This document shows positions 44,501 to 56,812 of a DNA stretch of 64,000 nt, in pieces. Origin of the DNA: Veleropilina oligotropha (Eukaryota); NCBI GenBank assembly GCA_048128005.1, contig JBEUKZ010000070.1:1-64000 (forward strand), in the 5' to 3' direction. How positions within the stretch are numbered: the first letter of the stretch is position 1; every line of letters begins with the position of its first letter. The notes below the pieces were generated by a model. That model searched no databases, was not told where the DNA came from, and was given only the letters and a program-made list of their open reading frames with translations. Both the position numbers and the translations under genes were made by a program.

Positions 44501-47500
44501 ACCTGAATCTGGGGTCCCGGCAAGGTTTCGGCGACTCCCCCACGAGTCGAGGAGGTTTCGCCGGTAGATCCGGCGACAGACAGACGGTACCCGACTGTCG
44601 TCCAGCGTCCCTGAAGTAGACAAAAAAACGTTAATTTCCCTTTAACCTACCATTTTGTCCATTCTCCGGGGGAGAACCCACCGTGGTAACCGCCCTGGTC
44701 GGCTTCACCGGTGGAAATAAGATCGCCCACTACCTCTCTGTTAAAACTAGGCACAGTTCACATTTATAAGACTTGCTGCAGTTACGGTGAACACGGCATT
44801 CCGTGTGCCTATCAAATCCGTGAGTCTTCTGGTTACACCCGGAGTTGCTGCACCGGACCATAGCTGAATACACGGGAGGGTGGTAGTGGGTGGAACGGGG
44901 TAGTTAAAAAATGAGGTTTTTAAGTAAACCTAATATTAGTTAAAACATACTTACGTCCTTACTCTTGCCATAATAGTCATATTATCGCCAACCGGAAACA
45001 GTGAATAAAGTCACATTTAGGCACTTATTAAGTCAAAACGTACCACGATCACCTCCCCTGCTCCCGCTCTCTAAGTTCCCCCGGCGAGATCTCGCCAAGT
45101 CTCGCGAGATATCCGAGCTCGAGATCACAAGACCTCAATTCAAAGTTCAGAACCCCAAAGGAACTTAGTAGAGGGGAGGAATGCGAAACGCAGGGTGGGT
45201 AATCGTGGTAAGGACGTAAGTATGTTTTAACTAATATTAGGTTTACTTAAAAACCTCATATGTAGTTACAAACTTACTTACGTCCTTACTCTTGCCAGAA
45301 TAACCTTGGATAGGTGGGTAAGAAGTTCCTTACAACAACCCAAACAAGATAATGACTTACTTTTCACCATTTCAATCAGCTCGAAGCGTCGATTGTGTCC
45401 GCCCAGAGTGGAATTTACTGAGAATGATATTCAACTCTTACCAAGCGAGAATTTCGACCAGTGTTACCGGGAGAATACGCCGTGGTGTTAGTCGGACGAG
45501 GTGAACGGAAGTGCAATCAGCCCCAGGCACGGCCGGAAGGATGGATCCTTGGAGGTCTTACGTGTCATGGGCCAGTGGCAGCCAAATGGTACTCCTGGCC
45601 AAAGGCCGGTAGCCAGAGGATGCAGTCGGATTTGTAAGCACACGGAACCTTAGTGAGGCTGTGAATATATCAAATCTTAAGCAAAGAATTAATAGATTAT
45701 TTATAATAATCGATATTAATAAGTGATTCGCATGACCAACTTGCGAAACGCTAACATGTACGACATGTCACTTAAAATAAATTTTTAAGGAAGCAAATAT
45801 GTACGACATGTTACTTAAAATAAATTTTAAGGAAGCAAATATTAAATTTTTTTCAATGTATTGAACATCGTATGTTCGATTACAGCATAGAACATCAATA
45901 ATATTGAACCTCAAATCCTTTAAGATTTTCGCAATATAGTTGTTTTATGAAATTCAATGTAATCTGGCTTGTCAATATACTCAGGAATGACATGAAGTAC
46001 AAAATCTTAAAATGTTTTTAAGAAATGAACAGACATTGAATCGCCTCATATGTGTCTATTTCATAGAACAGCTAGGCCAACAAATAACATTGCGTCAGCA
46101 AAAATTATGTAAATTGATAAACAAGAAACAATACTCACTGATTAGACGACCTCGGTCTAACAATACATCGTTGAGCAGTTACTATGTAGACTGCACAATC
46201 CATCAGCCGCATGGAATAATCCCACAGAAAAGGCTTAATAAAGACATTTTGAGAAGCAACGCTGAGATGTGAATCTGCGAAAACACGGACCTCGTGCGCG
46301 CGGATCGATACAATAGTGCGTGCGGCCTACTTTTCACAGCGAGAGTAGTCTCTCACTACCTGTGAAAACCTCCGCGAAACAGTCGTCTACGTAATGTCGC
46401 GGATATAACAAGGTAAATACGAATAAAATATAAGTAGTTTTCCCTGCCGCGTATCACGGATCCTGTCGAGGTAGTAACGTAGGCACGCATATGACAGGTA
46501 CATCGGTCCACATCGGGTCTCTGACCAGCGTAAAGCTTGGGGATAACGATATCGGGTGCGTCTTCGTTCGGCCGTAGATTCTTGGCGAGGAAACCCAAGA
46601 TATGACGCCGCATCACCGACCCGTCGACTGGAAACGAACGTCTCGTAGCTCTGCGGATAGACTATGAAATACGGAACAACGCCGCCCGACGCTAAGGCGA
46701 TCAGAAAAAACTGTTTTGTGCGTTAAGTTCCTCATAGAGGTCGGGCCCATAGGCTAGTACGGGTAGAAAGAGAGCGTTAAGAAATGAGAGCGATGTTTCA
46801 GGCTGGCCGTATCGTACGGGTCGAAATTTTGAGTTCGAAGGATCGCAGAAATCCAAATCAATCGGTCGCTAGGTAGGCTACCACGGGCACGGCACTCGCG
46901 ACCGTTGCCCGATAGCTTTGACGGCGGACACTGACATACCGCGTTCAAAGAGCGACGATAAAAACTCAATAAACTTGTTCACAGGGGGGCGGAGTATATT
47001 GACCGGCCGGCTGTGACACCAATCCACGTACTTAACCCATCGGTAGTCATAAACTTTAGTCGTGGAAAGCCTTCTCGATCGGGAGATGCGTAGGGCTGTT
47101 GAGCGAGAAATTCCTTTCTTAGCAAGGGATCGATCGATAACCGCCAGGCGTGTAAACGTAAGTCGTTCGGCGATGTTGAAATACACGGCTGCGCGCCTGC
47201 AGTAACCGGCCCGGTCTCTGCGGGAGCGATAACGGTCGGTCGACGATCAGATCGAGGAGGGTCGGAAACCAAGGTTGCGTGCGATATAGGGGCGCGATTA
47301 GCGTTATCAGCAACGTTCGTTCGATGCCTTCTGTAATACCAGTGTTAGAATGCACGACGGGGGGAAGGCATACGCGGACAGATTATCCCATGTCATTGAC
47401 AGTGCGGCGACCGCTAGGGCGGCCGGGTCCGGGTACGGGGAGACATACAGAGGTAGTCGGTAATTAAATTATGTTGCAAACAGATCGACTCGGGGTTGTG

Positions 47501-50500
47501 ACCACCGGCGACAAACGTCCCGAGCTACTCGGCTGTGTAGCTCCACTCTGTGTGTAATATCTGTGATTTCCGAAAGAGCGAGACCGCTCTGACATTCAGC
47601 TTTCCCGGGATGTGTCGGGCTCGAATCGTCGAGATGAGGGACATCACTAGGCGGTGTAGGTCTATTGCTCGGTCGCAAAGGGGACGCGAGCGAGTGCCGC
47701 CCTGGTGCTGGATGTAAGCGACGACAGTCGTGTTGTCCGTGGCGAGCATTATGTGCTTGTTGCGGAGATGTGACGAGAGGGACCGTACTGACAGGTAGAC
47801 GGCTTCTAACTCTAGGAAGTAGAGGTGTCGTCCCTGAAGGTCCGTCGGCCATAGGCCTGATGTCTCGTAACTGTCGAGGTGACCACCCCAGCCGACGTTC
47901 GAAGCGTCTGTGAACAGGTAAGCGTTCGGCTCTGGCGGGGATATAGGAACCGACTGGTCCGGCAAAGCAGGGTTCAACCACACTGCTGTTGTGCTGGTAA
48001 ACCAATGCCGAAGATCGATGCGATCCGTCCACTGCCCCGTCCGTTGTATCCAGCGATCCCTGAACGCCTGGTGTAACGGTCGATTGTCCATGTGACCCGT
48101 CGGTAGCAGGGTCGCTGCCGACTCGAAGTGCCCCAGGACAGTGGCCAGTTGTCGCGCTGTAGTTATGTCCGATGACAGGGTGTCTTGGATAACCGCGCGT
48201 AGGTTCCGCATACGTTTCTGGGCCGGTTTCGCGGTGTACCGGACCGTATCGAAGTCGACCCCGAGAAACGTAAACGTCGTCGAGGGCACTCAGCCGGATT
48301 TTGTCTCGTTGATCTGAAATCCCAGGCGCTTCGTTGATGACAGGGTAAAGCTCGTAGACCGGAGGCACAGATCTCGGGACGCCCCGAGGATCAGCCAGTC
48401 GTCGAGGTATATATGTACCCTGAGCCCTAGAGAGTGTAGGAAGGCCCTAAGGGCCTGTACTGTTCTCGTGAAGACGTACGGGGCTGACGATAGACCGAAC
48501 GGTAGGCACCTGAATGGTAGATCGTCTCCCCGTGTATAAACCGAAGGTACTGATGAGCCGTGATATGCATCGGGACATGCAGATACGCGTCGGTCAGATC
48601 GATAGACGCTGCCCAGTCGCCCGGATGGATGGCCGCTCGTATCTTCGAGAGGGTTTCCTGCTGGAATTTCTCGGTACGAAGATATTAGTTTACGAGAGAT
48701 CGAAGATCGGTCGCTAGCGGCCATCGGGATTCGGGACCAGGAAGAAATGGCTGTATTATCCTGGTGTGCTGGGCGGCGCGGGATATATTGCTCCTTGAGG
48801 AGTAGGTCCCGCACTGCCTGGTCTAAGACCGCTCGCATCTCTCCGTTTAGGAGGCGAGCGTGTCTTGGTGGTGGTGCCTCGTTTAGGGTCGGATGCCGGT
48901 TGAACCAACTTGTATCCGGCACGCACGACGGAGGGACCCAGCTACTGTCTGGTAGTCTAGCCACGGCTGGCTGTACGCTAACAGATACGCTTCCACCGGC
49001 GGAAGCGGGCAGCTGGGACTGTCGTGTGGCCGGCAGCCCTAGGGCCGAGGCTTCCCTCTCCCGCTCTGACGGGAGCTTGTTGGAGGTGCTTGCCTCTTCG
49101 GAGTGGGTTAATGGCCGGGGGCCTACCACCAGAAGAGGGCCATGCACGCTTGGAAGGCTTCGGGGTCCGGGTGGGCCCTGAATGCTTCCTCAAGTCGGCG
49201 GGTGGACCCCCGGGGGGTGCAGCACCGCCTACTCGATGGTACGGTCCGTCAGGTCCGCCGCTCTCTGTCGACGAATTCCGAGAAATCGTCGCCAAATAGA
49301 GTGGTGGCCGAGCAAGGCACGCATCGCAATGAGCGCCGGGTGGCCCCATCTAGCGAGGTGTCTTTCAGGCAAGCGTCCCTACGAAGTAGGTGTTACCCAG
49401 GACACGTCCCGTCTCCAACGCGTTGGTCTCCATAACGGCAGCAACCTCCTGGAGGAAGGACAGGGCAGCCCACGGGCGCCGGGTCCATCCTCCTGTAATA
49501 CGGCGATCGTCCCGTCTAGGAAAAATCCTGAACGGACGACAGCCGCAGAGCCCATCGGGCGGAGCTCTCGAAAGCTTCCAAGGCGAACCCAGGAACTCTC
49601 GCTACAGAGGGAGTGTGACTGGCGGTCAGTCAACGCAACGCTGCGTCAACACGAGCCGGCTCAGTCATCAGGCACGGACCAGTACATGCGAACGGGATCG
49701 AACGCGAACTGGCCCGGAGGTACCTCCCACTACGGAACCCCGAAGGGTACTCGGTCAGTGGGGAGGACTCCACCGGATTGCGCCCCCGACTGAGCTTGGT
49801 TGTCGAGTCAACACCAGATCAACCAGCCCAGACTGAGGTAAGGAAGGAAGCAAGGGGGCGTCCTTCCATCAAACCGATGCGCCGCCGTCCTGTGCTTGAC
49901 CGGGCCTACATACGACCGAGTCGGTTCCGGCCGGTCAAGCACCCCGCGAAGTGACGCAACAGCGTCGAGTTCGACGGGTGGTGGAGGTCGGCTCCTGCGT
50001 GCCTGGAAGACTACCAGCGTCTTCGGGCCCGACCGATACAGGGAGGTCGGAGTGAGCGGAGTCGAGGTCCTCGTCGGAACGAGGTTCGATCCCCACCACG
50101 GAGGCAGGAGCCGTGCTCTGCGCCACAGGCAGAGGTGTAGGTACCTGGAGCGGCGAGGAAGCCGGTTGCCAGGCCCGACATCGGGACTCGAACGCCGCCG
50201 CGAACATAGCCTGGACGTTCTCTAAAGAGAAACCCGGAGGCATGACGGGCGTCGAACTAACAGCCGGTAGTTCGGTCGAAGTCACCGTGGCGCTAGGTAG
50301 ACGGGCTGCATGGACAGGTGTAGCCGAGAACCCTTTTTTTAGGGTCTCGGGACACGTGTCGAGTGGTCGAACCCGAAAGAACGGCCCGAAGGCAGGTTCG
50401 GTGGGCCGGACGACCGGTAGGACTGCGGCAACAGTCCGTATCGGTCTACCACTCTGTTCGAGAGAGGCACGGTCGGAAAACCGCCGTAGAACCCCGTCCC

Positions 50501-53146
50501 GAACGCAGCCGGTCTGTCCACGTTCTCTAGCGTGACCATCGTGGGTGCACGGGAGAGAACGGGCCCTCTGAAAAGCTCGTGAGCATCGAGGTTGAGCGGA
50601 AAACCCTTAGGGGTAGTCGCGTCGGTCTCGAACGAGGATTCAGGTGTCGCCGATTGTCCGGATCTTAGACCTTCGAAAAGGTGCCCGGCCTCTTTAAAGG
50701 CTTTCTCATTGGGTCGCTCCCTATCGTTAAATAGGGAGTTTCCTGCAGAAGGACTAACTGTCCCCTTATTCTTCGAGGCCGAAGAAAAGGATGGGGAATG
50801 TCTGCCCTGTTCAGCGGTTCGCTGCGTTGCCAGATATACCTTGCTAGCCGGCAAGGTATGGTTGGCTGCAGTTACTAGGCCCGTTTTAGGAGGATCGAAC
50901 AGCACTCGGGCTCCTACCTGAATCTAGGGTCCCGGCGACTCCCTTATGAGTCGCGGAGGTTACGCCGGTAGATCCGGCGACAGACGGCCCCTTTTAAGGT
51001 CGACTGTCGTCCAGCGGCCCCTGAAGTAGACAAAAAAACGTTAATTCCCTTTAACCTACCATTTTGTCCATTCTCGGGGGAGAACCCACCGTGGTAACCG
51101 CACTGGTCGCCTTCATCGGTGGATATACGATCGCCCACTGCCTGCTGTTAAAATCTAGGCACAGTACACATTTATAAGACTTACTGTCAGTTACGGTGAA
51201 CACGGCATTCCGTGCGCCTAGAAATCCATGAAACTTCGGGTTACACCCGGAGTTGCACCGGACCATACTTCCCTCTCCCTGAATACACGGGAGGGTAGTA
51301 GTGGGCGGAACGGGGTAGTTAAAAGTATATATTTGGTAGTTGTGACTATTTACTACGACAACTCTTAAAATTGCCCTGATCTGAAGATCAAAGATCAGGC
51401 GATATACCGCAAAAAACCCCCGAACTGGGAACACCGAGGCCGGGTAATAACCCGGCACGACCCGGTAAAAAACCCGGCAAATTGACTAGAACAAACGGGG
51501 GTTATCTCTTAGAAATAACCGCCCAGAAAAACACCTGAAAACCTCGTGGATGTTTTTATGTTAGTACAATGGCGTATTATCCCAGAAACGGCAGGATAAC
51601 AGAAAAACGCAAGCGTGATATCTAAACGATCCTGCCTATTAACGACGCTAGAATTTTTATACAATAATAACCAGCAATAGCGTCGTTAAGGAATTATCCA
51701 ATATAATGAGTTACCTGTTTACAGTCTCAAACAATATCAGATAAAAATACCGACCAGAAATTTCTTCTACTACACGAAACTTCCCCTCTAAGCGGCCATG
51801 CTTTTTCCCTGCAACAGCGGCGATGTCGGTTTCACTTGATGTTCACAACTTTTTCTTTGAAGTTGATAATCAGATCTTATATTCACTTGTGTTTGATATC
51901 CACAACACAGGGTATATTCCACAACTTATATTATTCTAATATAAGCTTTATAGCGTCCTAGATTTAACGTATAAACCAGTCGGACATTCGAAATATTTGC
52001 GGAGCAAAAATCACGTCTTTCCGTCTCGGCGGAAAACTTTGAATTGAGGTCTTGTGATCTCGAGCTCGGATATCTCGCGAGACTTGGCGAGATCTCGCCG
52101 GGGGAACTTAGAGAGCGGGAGCAGGGGAGGTGATCGTGGTACGTTTTGACTTAATAAGTGCCTAAATGTGACTTTATTCACTGTTTCCGGTTGGCGATAA
52201 TATGACTATTATGGCAAGAGTAAGGACGTAAGTAAGTTTGTAACTACATAGTATATGTTTGGTAGTTGTGACTTTACTACTACAACCCTTAAGATTGCAC
52301 CTAATCTGAAGATCGGCGATCAGGCGAAATACCGCAAAATAACCCTGAGCTGGGAACACCGAGGCCGGGTAATAAAACCCGGCAATAGACTAAAAAGGAG
52401 GTTTTTTCTTAGAAAAACCCGCCCGATAAAACACCTGAAAACCTCGTGGATGTTTTTAAAGTTAGTACGGTGGCGTATTATCCCAGTAACGGCAGGATAT
52501 CAGAATAACTAAAGTTGATATCTAAACAATCCTGCCTTTTAACGACGTTAAGTATTTAAACAATAATTACCAGCAATAAACGTCGTTAAGGAATTATCCA
52601 ATATAATGAGTTACCTTTTGAGAAGTCTCAAATAATATCAGATATATATACCGACCAGAAATTTCCTTTTGCTAACGAAACTTCCCCTCTGAGCGGCCCT
52701 TGCTTTTATCGGCAACGGCGGCGATGTCGGTTTCACAATCTCACAACTTTCTTCGAAGTCCTAGATAGAAATCTTCTCTTTCACTGATGTTTTCTATTTC
52801 ATCCACAGGGTATATTCCAATGCTTATAACTTGTTGTTTACAAGTAGATTTAGCGTCTTAGATTTAACGTATAAATCGCCAGACAGACAATATTTGCGGA
52901 GCAAAACAAAACACGTTTTTCCTAATGGCGGAAAACTTTGAATTGAGGCCTTATGCCCTTGAGCTCGGACATCTCGCGAGGCTTGGCGAGATCTCGCCGG
53001 GGGAACTTATAGAGGGGGAGCAGGGGAGGTAATCGTAGTGTTTTGACTTAATAGTGCATAAAATGGGACATTATTCACTGTTTCTGGTTAGCGATAATAT
53101 GACTATTATGGCAAGTGTAAGGACGTAAGTAAGTTTGTAACTACAT
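38503..53146 (-). mobile_element. DIRS copy 2 (family A variant), decayed, interrupted by copy 3
   Basis: ITRs 38540-38737 and ~52934-53131 share private variants (ccttacacttgcc, tgtcccattttatgcac); RT has CGA>TGA stops; YR has a frameshift and a deletion; gag is broken. Confidence 0.95.
44911..52249 (-). mobile_element. DIRS copy 3 (family A), nested in the 5' leader of copy 2
   Basis: Has its own ITRs and ICR; flanks rejoin as ggggtagttaaaa..gtatat; all ORFs frameshifted. Confidence 0.95.
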
Positions 53147-53757
53147 ATTGTGAGAAAATAGATCACATCTATGCTTCCAGAGACTATGTTCAGAAGTGAT
53201 GAAAAGTCACCAAAACAAGGAATTCCGCAAAATTATTTGTCTCACTCATCCCCGTTTACTTTGAAAAGGGCCACATTTTCAGTTGTAAAGTAAGAATTCA
53301 GAAGTACTACCTATGCAGTGCTGATCCTAATATAGTTATTGCAAAACTTAAAAGTTTCAGAGAAACAGAAATAAAGACAAAATCTTATTATTATATGCTC
53401 GAGATTAAATATATTTAGCAGCCAAATCCAAGACAAAATAGTATACCGATAATGACTCTAACCTTGACCAGTTGAGGAGGGTGATATTAGACACTGGATA
53501 CAGTCTGTTCTTGTTAAGGCAATATATACTGCCATCCCATGGAATAAACCAATGGGGAAGCCAGTTTTCAAAATCTATACTGCCATCCCATGGAATAAAC
53601 CAATGGGGAAGCCAGTTTTCACAATCCATCTGATTTTGATAATCCCAGCTTCTCAGAGTGAACATTAAGCTTAACAGCTTCCATTTCTCTAAATGAAAAA
53701 AAAGATGTGAGAAATAGACCACAGCCATGCTTCCAGAGACTATGTTCAAAATTGCCG

Positions 53758-54020
53758 GCCGCTTCGGCAGAGCAGTGGGTAGAGTGTCCACTCTAACTTC
53801 ACTGGCTTGATTCCGTTAATGCGAACAGTAGTGGGTTCAATACCTGGCTGAGGCATTGAAATTTGTTCAAGTTATGAATCACAGTTGTCCGTGACTGGCC
53901 GGAGAGGGCGGGTTTACCCGGGTGACCGGGGTTTCCTCCCGCGATAACACGGATATGTCCTGCCTTGAACCTCGATGATGTAAATATACAGGACATTAAG
54001 CATCATTCCTCCTCCCTCCC
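53758..54020 (+). mobile_element. Full-length tRNA-derived SINE with 12-bp TSD
   Basis: A-box-like ggcagagcagtgg, B-box ggttcaatacc, central ggtttacccggg...ggtttcctccc domain and (tccc)n tail; tcaaaattgccg at 53746-53757 and 54021-54032. Confidence 0.88.
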
Positions 54021-54384
54021 TCAAAATTGCCGAAAATCACCAAAAAACAATACATTTTTAAAATAAGTTTGTAAAGTTTCAGAAAGCCAGTATTTCTCTA
54101 AATGGAAAAAAACAATGTGAGAAATTGACCATATCCATGCGTCCAGAGGCTATGTTCAAATTCGCCGTAAAGTCGCCAAAACACCAAAAGTTTTCAAAAT
54201 AAATTTCCAATATTCGAACTTGATCTACCCAATCAGGCAATGATGTGGTTAGTTCATCTGTAAAGTTTCGGAAAGCTCGCATTTCTCTAAATGGCAAAAA
54301 AAGACGTGAGAAAATCAGGGATGGACGCACGAACGCGGATTCTATGTCCCCCGTCCGCCCGATAGGCGGCAGGGGACGACAATG

Positions 54385-55606
54385 ATGATACTGGTTGACC
54401 AAAGGGACTGGATCAAAAAGGCAAGCATACTGATACTGGGTGACCAGAGGAACGGGAATAGAAAGGCTTATGAAGTTATGATACTGGTAGACCAGCGAGA
54501 CTGGAACAGAAGACAAGCATACTGAAACTGGGCGACCAGTGGAACTGGAACACAAAGACAAGCATACTGATACTGGGCTACCAGTGGAACTGGAACACAA
54601 AGACAAGCATACTGATACTGGGCTACCAGTGGAACTGGAACACAAAGACAAGCATACTGATGCTGGGTGACTAGAGAAACTGGAACACAAAGACAAGCAT
54701 ACTAATACTGGGTGACCAGAGGAACTGGAACACAAAGACAAGCATACTGAAACTGGGCGACCAGTGGAACTGAAACACAAAGACAAGCATACTGATACTG
54801 GGCTACTAGTGGAACTGAAACAGAAAGACAAGCATACTGATACTGGGTGACTAGAGGAACTGGAACACAAAGACAAGCATACTGATACTGGGTGACTCGA
54901 GAAACTGGAACACAAAGACAAGCATACTGATGCTGGGTGACTAGAGAAACTGGAACACAAAGACAAGCATACTGATGCTGGGTGACTAGAGAAACTGAAA
55001 CACAAAGACAAGCATACTGAAACTGGGCGACCAGTGGAACTGAAACACAAAGACAAGCATACGGATGCTGGGTGACTAGAGGAACTGGAACACAAAGACA
55101 AGCATACTGATACTGGGTGACTAGAGAAACTGGAACACAAGACAAGCATACTGATGCTGGGTGACTAGAGGAACTGGAACACAAAGACAAGCATACTGAT
55201 GCTGGGTGACTAGAGAAACTGGAACACAAAGACAAGCATACTGATGCTGGGTGACTAGAGAAACTGAAACACAAAGACAAGCATACTGATGCTGGGTGAC
55301 TAGAGGAACTGGAACACAAAGACAAGCATACTGATGCTGGGTGACTAGAGAAACTGAAACACAAAGACAAGCATACTGAAACTGGGCGACCAGTGGAACT
55401 GAAACACAAAGACAAGCATACGGATGCTGTATGACTAGAGGAACTGGAACACAAAGACAAGCATACTGATGCTGGGTGACTAGAGAAACTGGAACACAAA
55501 GACAAGCATACTGATACTGGGTGACTAGAGAAACTGGAACACAAAGACAAGCATACTGATGCTGGGTGACTAGAGAAACTGAAACACAAAGACAAGCATA
55601 CTGAAA
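54385..55606. repeat. 45-bp satellite, ~27 units
   Basis: Unit ggaactggaacacaaagacaagcatactgatgctgggtgactaga; source of the spurious SVCLSLC ORFs. Confidence 0.97.
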
Positions 55607-56812
55607 AGAGGTTTTTAAGTAAACCTAGTATTAGTTAGAATATACTTACGTCATTACCTATGCCATAATAGCCTTATTATCGCCAAACCGGAAACTGTGA
55701 AAAAGCGTTTCACTTTCATTTAAACTTACACGCTTACCCCCCCTGCTCACCTCTCTCGCGTTCCTCCCACGAGATCTGCCCAAGTCTCGCGAGACCTCAG
55801 AGACCAAGACAGATCTGGTATCCTTTTTAAGTCAGAGGAATCTGCAGTGTGCGTAGAGGAACTTAGCAAGAGGGGTTGGATGCGAATACCATGAGCAGGG
55901 CGGGTAGACGTGTAATGACGTAAGTATATTCTAACTAATACTAGGTTTACTTAAAAACCTCTTATTAGTAGCAATATACTCTACGTCATTACCTATGCCA
56001 GAATAACTTTGGACGGTGGGCTAAGTTCTAACGAAATTAATACCCAAACAAGTTACTTACTTGTCACCATGGAGACAGCTAGTATTGCCGACTCGCGTCC
56101 GCTCAGGATGGAATTACTGAGTATTACAATTCTACCCTTACCCAGACAAGAATTTTGACCAATGAACCTGGGAAAAAACGCCAGAGGTGTTAGTCGGACA
56201 AGGTGACGCGAAAGTGCAATCAGCCCCAGGCAAGGCCGGAGGATAAATCCTGTAGGACTTAGATGTCATGGACCGAAGCAGCTTTTAGTAAATCCTGGGC
56301 GTCGAGGCCGGTAACCAAAAGATGCAGTCAACTTGCGACAAACATACAGTACCTGAAAAGGTTGTGAATGTAACCAGTTATGCAATAATTAATAGATATA
56401 AGTAATATATACACGTACATATTATATTCCATATTAATCATAAATTCGCTTGACCAAATAGCGAAATGCAAACATGTCCCCATGTTACTTAAAGAATATT
56501 TAAAGATTGAATGATATTAAATTTTTCAAATGTCGCAACACCGTAAGTTCATAACAGCAAATGAACTTCAATAATATCAAAATCTAAAAACCCCTTTTTA
56601 AGATTTAGCATTATAAATGTCTACTTTCAATGTGAGTGGCATGTGTCATGTGAACTCAGATCTGACAATTTAGTCTCAGTCCATAAATAGCAATATTGGA
56701 CTGCAGACAACACAAAGAAAAACAACACTAATTGTTAGCAAGCTACACAAAATAGAGTTGCACATAAATGCGGAGTGACTGTATAATTACAATTAATTGT
56801 TTACAATACCTG

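Larger units (their letters stand above)
38005..54383 (+). mobile_element. Second copy of the composite HINE-like element, split by DIRS copy 2 (pieces 38005-38502 and 53147-54383)
   Basis: Same aacaagtgatt start, cores, SINE fragment and terminal palindrome as 14113-15860; the flanks of DIRS copy 2 rejoin into a core repeat. Confidence 0.72.

Noticed and set aside
53758..53860. tRNA gene
   Set aside because: A and B boxes are present but there is no convincing cloverleaf. It is the head of a TSD-flanked SINE.
54079..55595. Long Ser/Cys-rich ORFs (also 63061-63909)
   Set aside because: They are translations of a 45-bp satellite whose unit is a multiple of 3; there is no other coding evidence.
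54385..55606. Possible CRISPR-like array
   Set aside because: The variable part is a handful of recurring variants of the same sequence, not unique spacers. The context is a eukaryotic intron with no cas genes.
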